Below are positions 61,710-64,000 of a stretch of 64,000 bases of DNA, in pieces (positions within the stretch are counted from its first letter, which is position 1; every line of letters starts with the position of its first letter). The notes under the pieces are model-generated. The model saw nothing but the letters and a program-made list of their open reading frames with translations, had not been told where the DNA came from and did not search any database. A program made the translations under genes and the position numbers. Origin of the DNA: Blepharisma stoltei ATCC 30299 (taxonomy: Eukaryota > Protista > Ciliophora); NCBI GenBank assembly GCA_965603825.1, contig CBFDEM010000050.1, positions 124,001-188,000 of the forward strand, read 5' to 3'.

Positions 61710-62567
61710 TTAAGTTAAAATAGTGGATGGGTCCCAAGAGACGTGAAAATTTTGATTCAATGAGTCAATTCTTGCCAAATCTTCTGCGTTTAAGCTGAAA
61801 AAATCCAGGTTTATATTTTCTTTCATTCTAGATAGATTCACACTTTTTGGGATTATCACAAAGTCTTTTTGTGCAGCCCATTTCAGAGCCACTTGGGCAA
61901 CTGTAGCCTTTTTGTCTTCTGCGATGCTTTTTAGGGTTTCATTATTGAATAACGATTCATTTCCTTTCGCTAAAGGTGAAGACGCTACTATTTGTATGCT
62001 ATTTTCTCTACAAAAATCGATTAATCCTCCGTTTTGGCAATAAGGGTGGTGCTCAATTTGATTTACATCAGGCTTTGTCTTAGCTCGTTCCAATAATTGT
62101 TCTAAATGGTTTATCAAAAAATTGCTGACCCCAATACTTTTTACTTTCCCTTCTTCTTTCAAAACTTCTAATGCCTCCCAGCTATGCAACCTCATCTTAG
62201 GCATTCTAGGGTCATCAGGCCTAAATCCATCAACTCCTGGCCAATGAAGAAGCACCATATCAAAATATTTGCAATGCATTGCTTCTAAAGACTTCAGAAC
62301 TTTTATATAAGTAAATTGAAATCCTTTGCTGGAAGGGATAATTTTGGTAGAAATAAAAACATTTTCCCTCGGGACTCGATTTACAGCGAGTTTTAGGACA
62401 TTTTCATTCTTATATGCAAGTGCTGTATCTATATGTCTGTATCCAAGTTTAAGTGCGCTTGAAACCGCACTTGTACAATCAGTGCCTCTCATGTCAAAAG
62501 TTCCTATTCCTATCTGTGGGATCTGCACTCCTGAAGCAAGTTTGATTGCTTTATTAAGTATAGCCAT
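61710..62567 (-). CDS. Aldo-keto reductase
   Basis: GYRHIDTA..Y, LLHWP, IGVSNF, NQIEHHP and IPKS; first ATG at 62567. Confidence 0.92.
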   Translation of the reverse strand: MAILNKAIKLASGVQIPQIGIGTFDMRGTDCTSAVSSALKLGYRHIDTALAYKNENVLKLAVNRVPRENVFISTKIIPSSKGFQFTYIKVLKSLEAMHCKYFDMVLLHWPGVDGFRPDDPRMPKMRLHSWEALEVLKEEGKVKSIGVSNFLINHLEQLLERAKTKPDVNQIEHHPYCQNGGLIDFCRENSIQIVASSPLAKGNESLFNNETLKSIAEDKKATVAQVALKWAAQKDFVIIPKSVNLSRMKENINLDFFSLNAEDLARIDSLNQNFHVSWDPSTILT

Positions 62568-62580
62568 ATTATTAAAAAAA

Positions 62581-63588
62581 TTACACAATAGATACTTGAA
62601 ACAAGGTATGATTGGATTTAAACATCATCCCATTGGACAGCTCGTGGTTTTCATTCAAGTAAAGCCAGGTCCCATTTGTGCTTGTTCTGTCATTTTCTAG
62701 GTCTCCGTCTACTAAAATCCATCCTTCTAAGGAATAATAAATAGTGCATTGCACCTTGGAAATCAAAGAATCTTCTATTTGAATTTCACATTTTGTGGTC
62801 CTTCCTATCCTTATGACGCTTTCATTGTAATCTGAAGCGTTAAAATAAAAAACGTCCCCAGAGCATGGGGCGCCAAATAGTTTGAGCCTTAACCTTGGGG
62901 AGTTATGATCAGGACTTGCCACAAGATTCACCAAAATGAAGTTATCTCCCATATGCAGCAAATAATTTTCCTTCAAAATAAGCTGAGATGCAAGCCTCAA
63001 GAACGTCCCAAACCCGACCCCTAAATCTTTTACATAATAAGCGTCCTTAATAAGATCATAATAAATCTGGAAATGCTGCCCTCTGTGTTTTTCTGCCAAA
63101 TATTTGTCTTGGGAAGGGATTACAAAATCATTGATAACTGGTCCTTTTCCTATCCCTTGAGACTTTGCTCTTTTTTTGCACCCAAAATAAGTAATCCCGT
63201 CCTTCACATCTCTTAACGAATTTTCATGTCCCAACGCATTGATAGAAATGACCAAATTCTTCGGAAGTGTCGCCGAGCTTAATACTTTTAATCTCAATAA
63301 TTTCGCATAATGCATAGCGCTTTCTAATTTCTGTATTCTTGACCTGTCAAAACTTGTGTCTCGGTATTGTGAGTCCAGCATAATAGACTCTCTAATAGCT
63401 GACATTTGTTCTTTTAAAGGCTCAGCTTCTTGAAGATCATTTTTGTTCCTTTTTGTTAACGCTGTTTCAGGATTTTGAGCAGGCAGGTTTTCACGATCTG
63501 ACACATAAATTTCGAACTGAGGCGCACACAAGCTGTTTCCGCAGCACGTCTATATAGAAAATACTCTCATTGCTGTATAGTTTCCCAT
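62581..63588 (-). CDS. Tandem-FHA domain protein with N-acylation motif
   Basis: MGNYTAMR/TCCGN after intron 63550-63564; DLGVGFGTF and IGR..IS..STNGTW. Confidence 0.85.
63550..63564 (-). other. 15-nt intron GTATTTTCTATATAG
   Basis: In-frame TAG; links the ATG at 63588 to the FHA ORF. Confidence 0.85.
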
Positions 63589-63663
63589 ATTAAAATTTAC
63601 ATTTCAAAAAACATAGTATTGAGAGTTATTTTATCTGATTAAAATTAAAGCAAATTCATATAA

Positions 63664-64000
63664 ATGTCAGTTCAAGATTTTGAAATTTTGTCAAAGCTTG
63701 GAGAAGGAGCATTCTCAACTGTATATAAGGTCCGTCGAAAATCTGATGGCCAAGTATACGCGCTGAAAAAAGTCAAATTCTCATCACTTAATCAGAAAGA
63801 AAAAGAAAACGCTGTAAATGAAATCAGAATTATGGCTTCGTTTAGTCATCCTAATATTATCAGCTATAAAGAAGCTTTTATTGATGAAGAAACTAATACT
63901 TTATGCATTGTTATGGAACTAGCTGAGCACGGAGACTTGCTGAATAAAATAAAGGCTCATAAAGAAGAAGGGACGCATTTTCCAGAAACAGAAATTTGGG
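63664..64000 (+). CDS. NEK: NIMA-related kinase (partial, 5' end)
   Basis: LGEGAFSTVYKVRR..YALKKV..EKENAVNEIRIMAS..HPNIISYKEAF. Confidence 0.9.
   Translation, partial: MSVQDFEILSKLGEGAFSTVYKVRRKSDGQVYALKKVKFSSLNQKEKENAVNEIRIMASFSHPNIISYKEAFIDEETNTLCIVMELAEHGDLLNKIKAHKEEGTHFPETEIW

Noticed and set aside
1-64000. Widespread pseudogenisation, selenocysteine, or bacterial (Mycoplasma-like) origin as the explanation for in-frame TGA
   Set aside because: TGA aligns with Trp, not Cys/Sec, in essential eukaryotic genes that also contain spliceosomal introns.
1-64000. tRNA, rRNA, telomeric repeats, CRISPR arrays, transposase ORFs
   Set aside because: None recognised by eye; a covariance-model scan would be needed to exclude small RNAs.

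Overview
AT-rich, gene-dense eukaryotic DNA, most consistent with a heterotrich ciliate macronuclear chromosome of the Blepharisma type (organism call is inference). Two properties break the supplied ORF track. First, TGA is read as Trp: it falls on conserved Trp positions in many genes, while TAA/TAG terminate genes. Second, spliceosomal introns are only 15 nt (GTA......A...AG); nine were found. Re-read this way the window holds about 35 genes. Conserved genes include PKG-like kinase, Rab, three kinesins, P5B ATPase, XRCC3-like, SRPK, TARG1-like macrodomain, Lon, cyclin-Y-like, PP2C, CSN2, Tctex1, LITAF, SAXO, SNF2/BRG1, AKR, FHA and NEK. An accessory block at about 5.9-19.1 kb contains tandem duplications: Cys-rich surface proteins with a leishmanolysin-like domain lacking HExxH, a 342-bp insertion with a 7-bp direct repeat, a TA-bounded 56-bp perfect inverted repeat, duplicated kelch genes and duplicated small orphan genes. 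Several genes are missing from, or not recognisable in, the ORF track: a secreted mini-collagen (20 Gly-X-Y), an INO80E-like micro-gene with two 15-nt introns, LITAF, and the RING tail of a kinase. No rRNA, tRNA, telomere repeat or CRISPR array was recognised. All translations and family calls were made by eye, without database searches.
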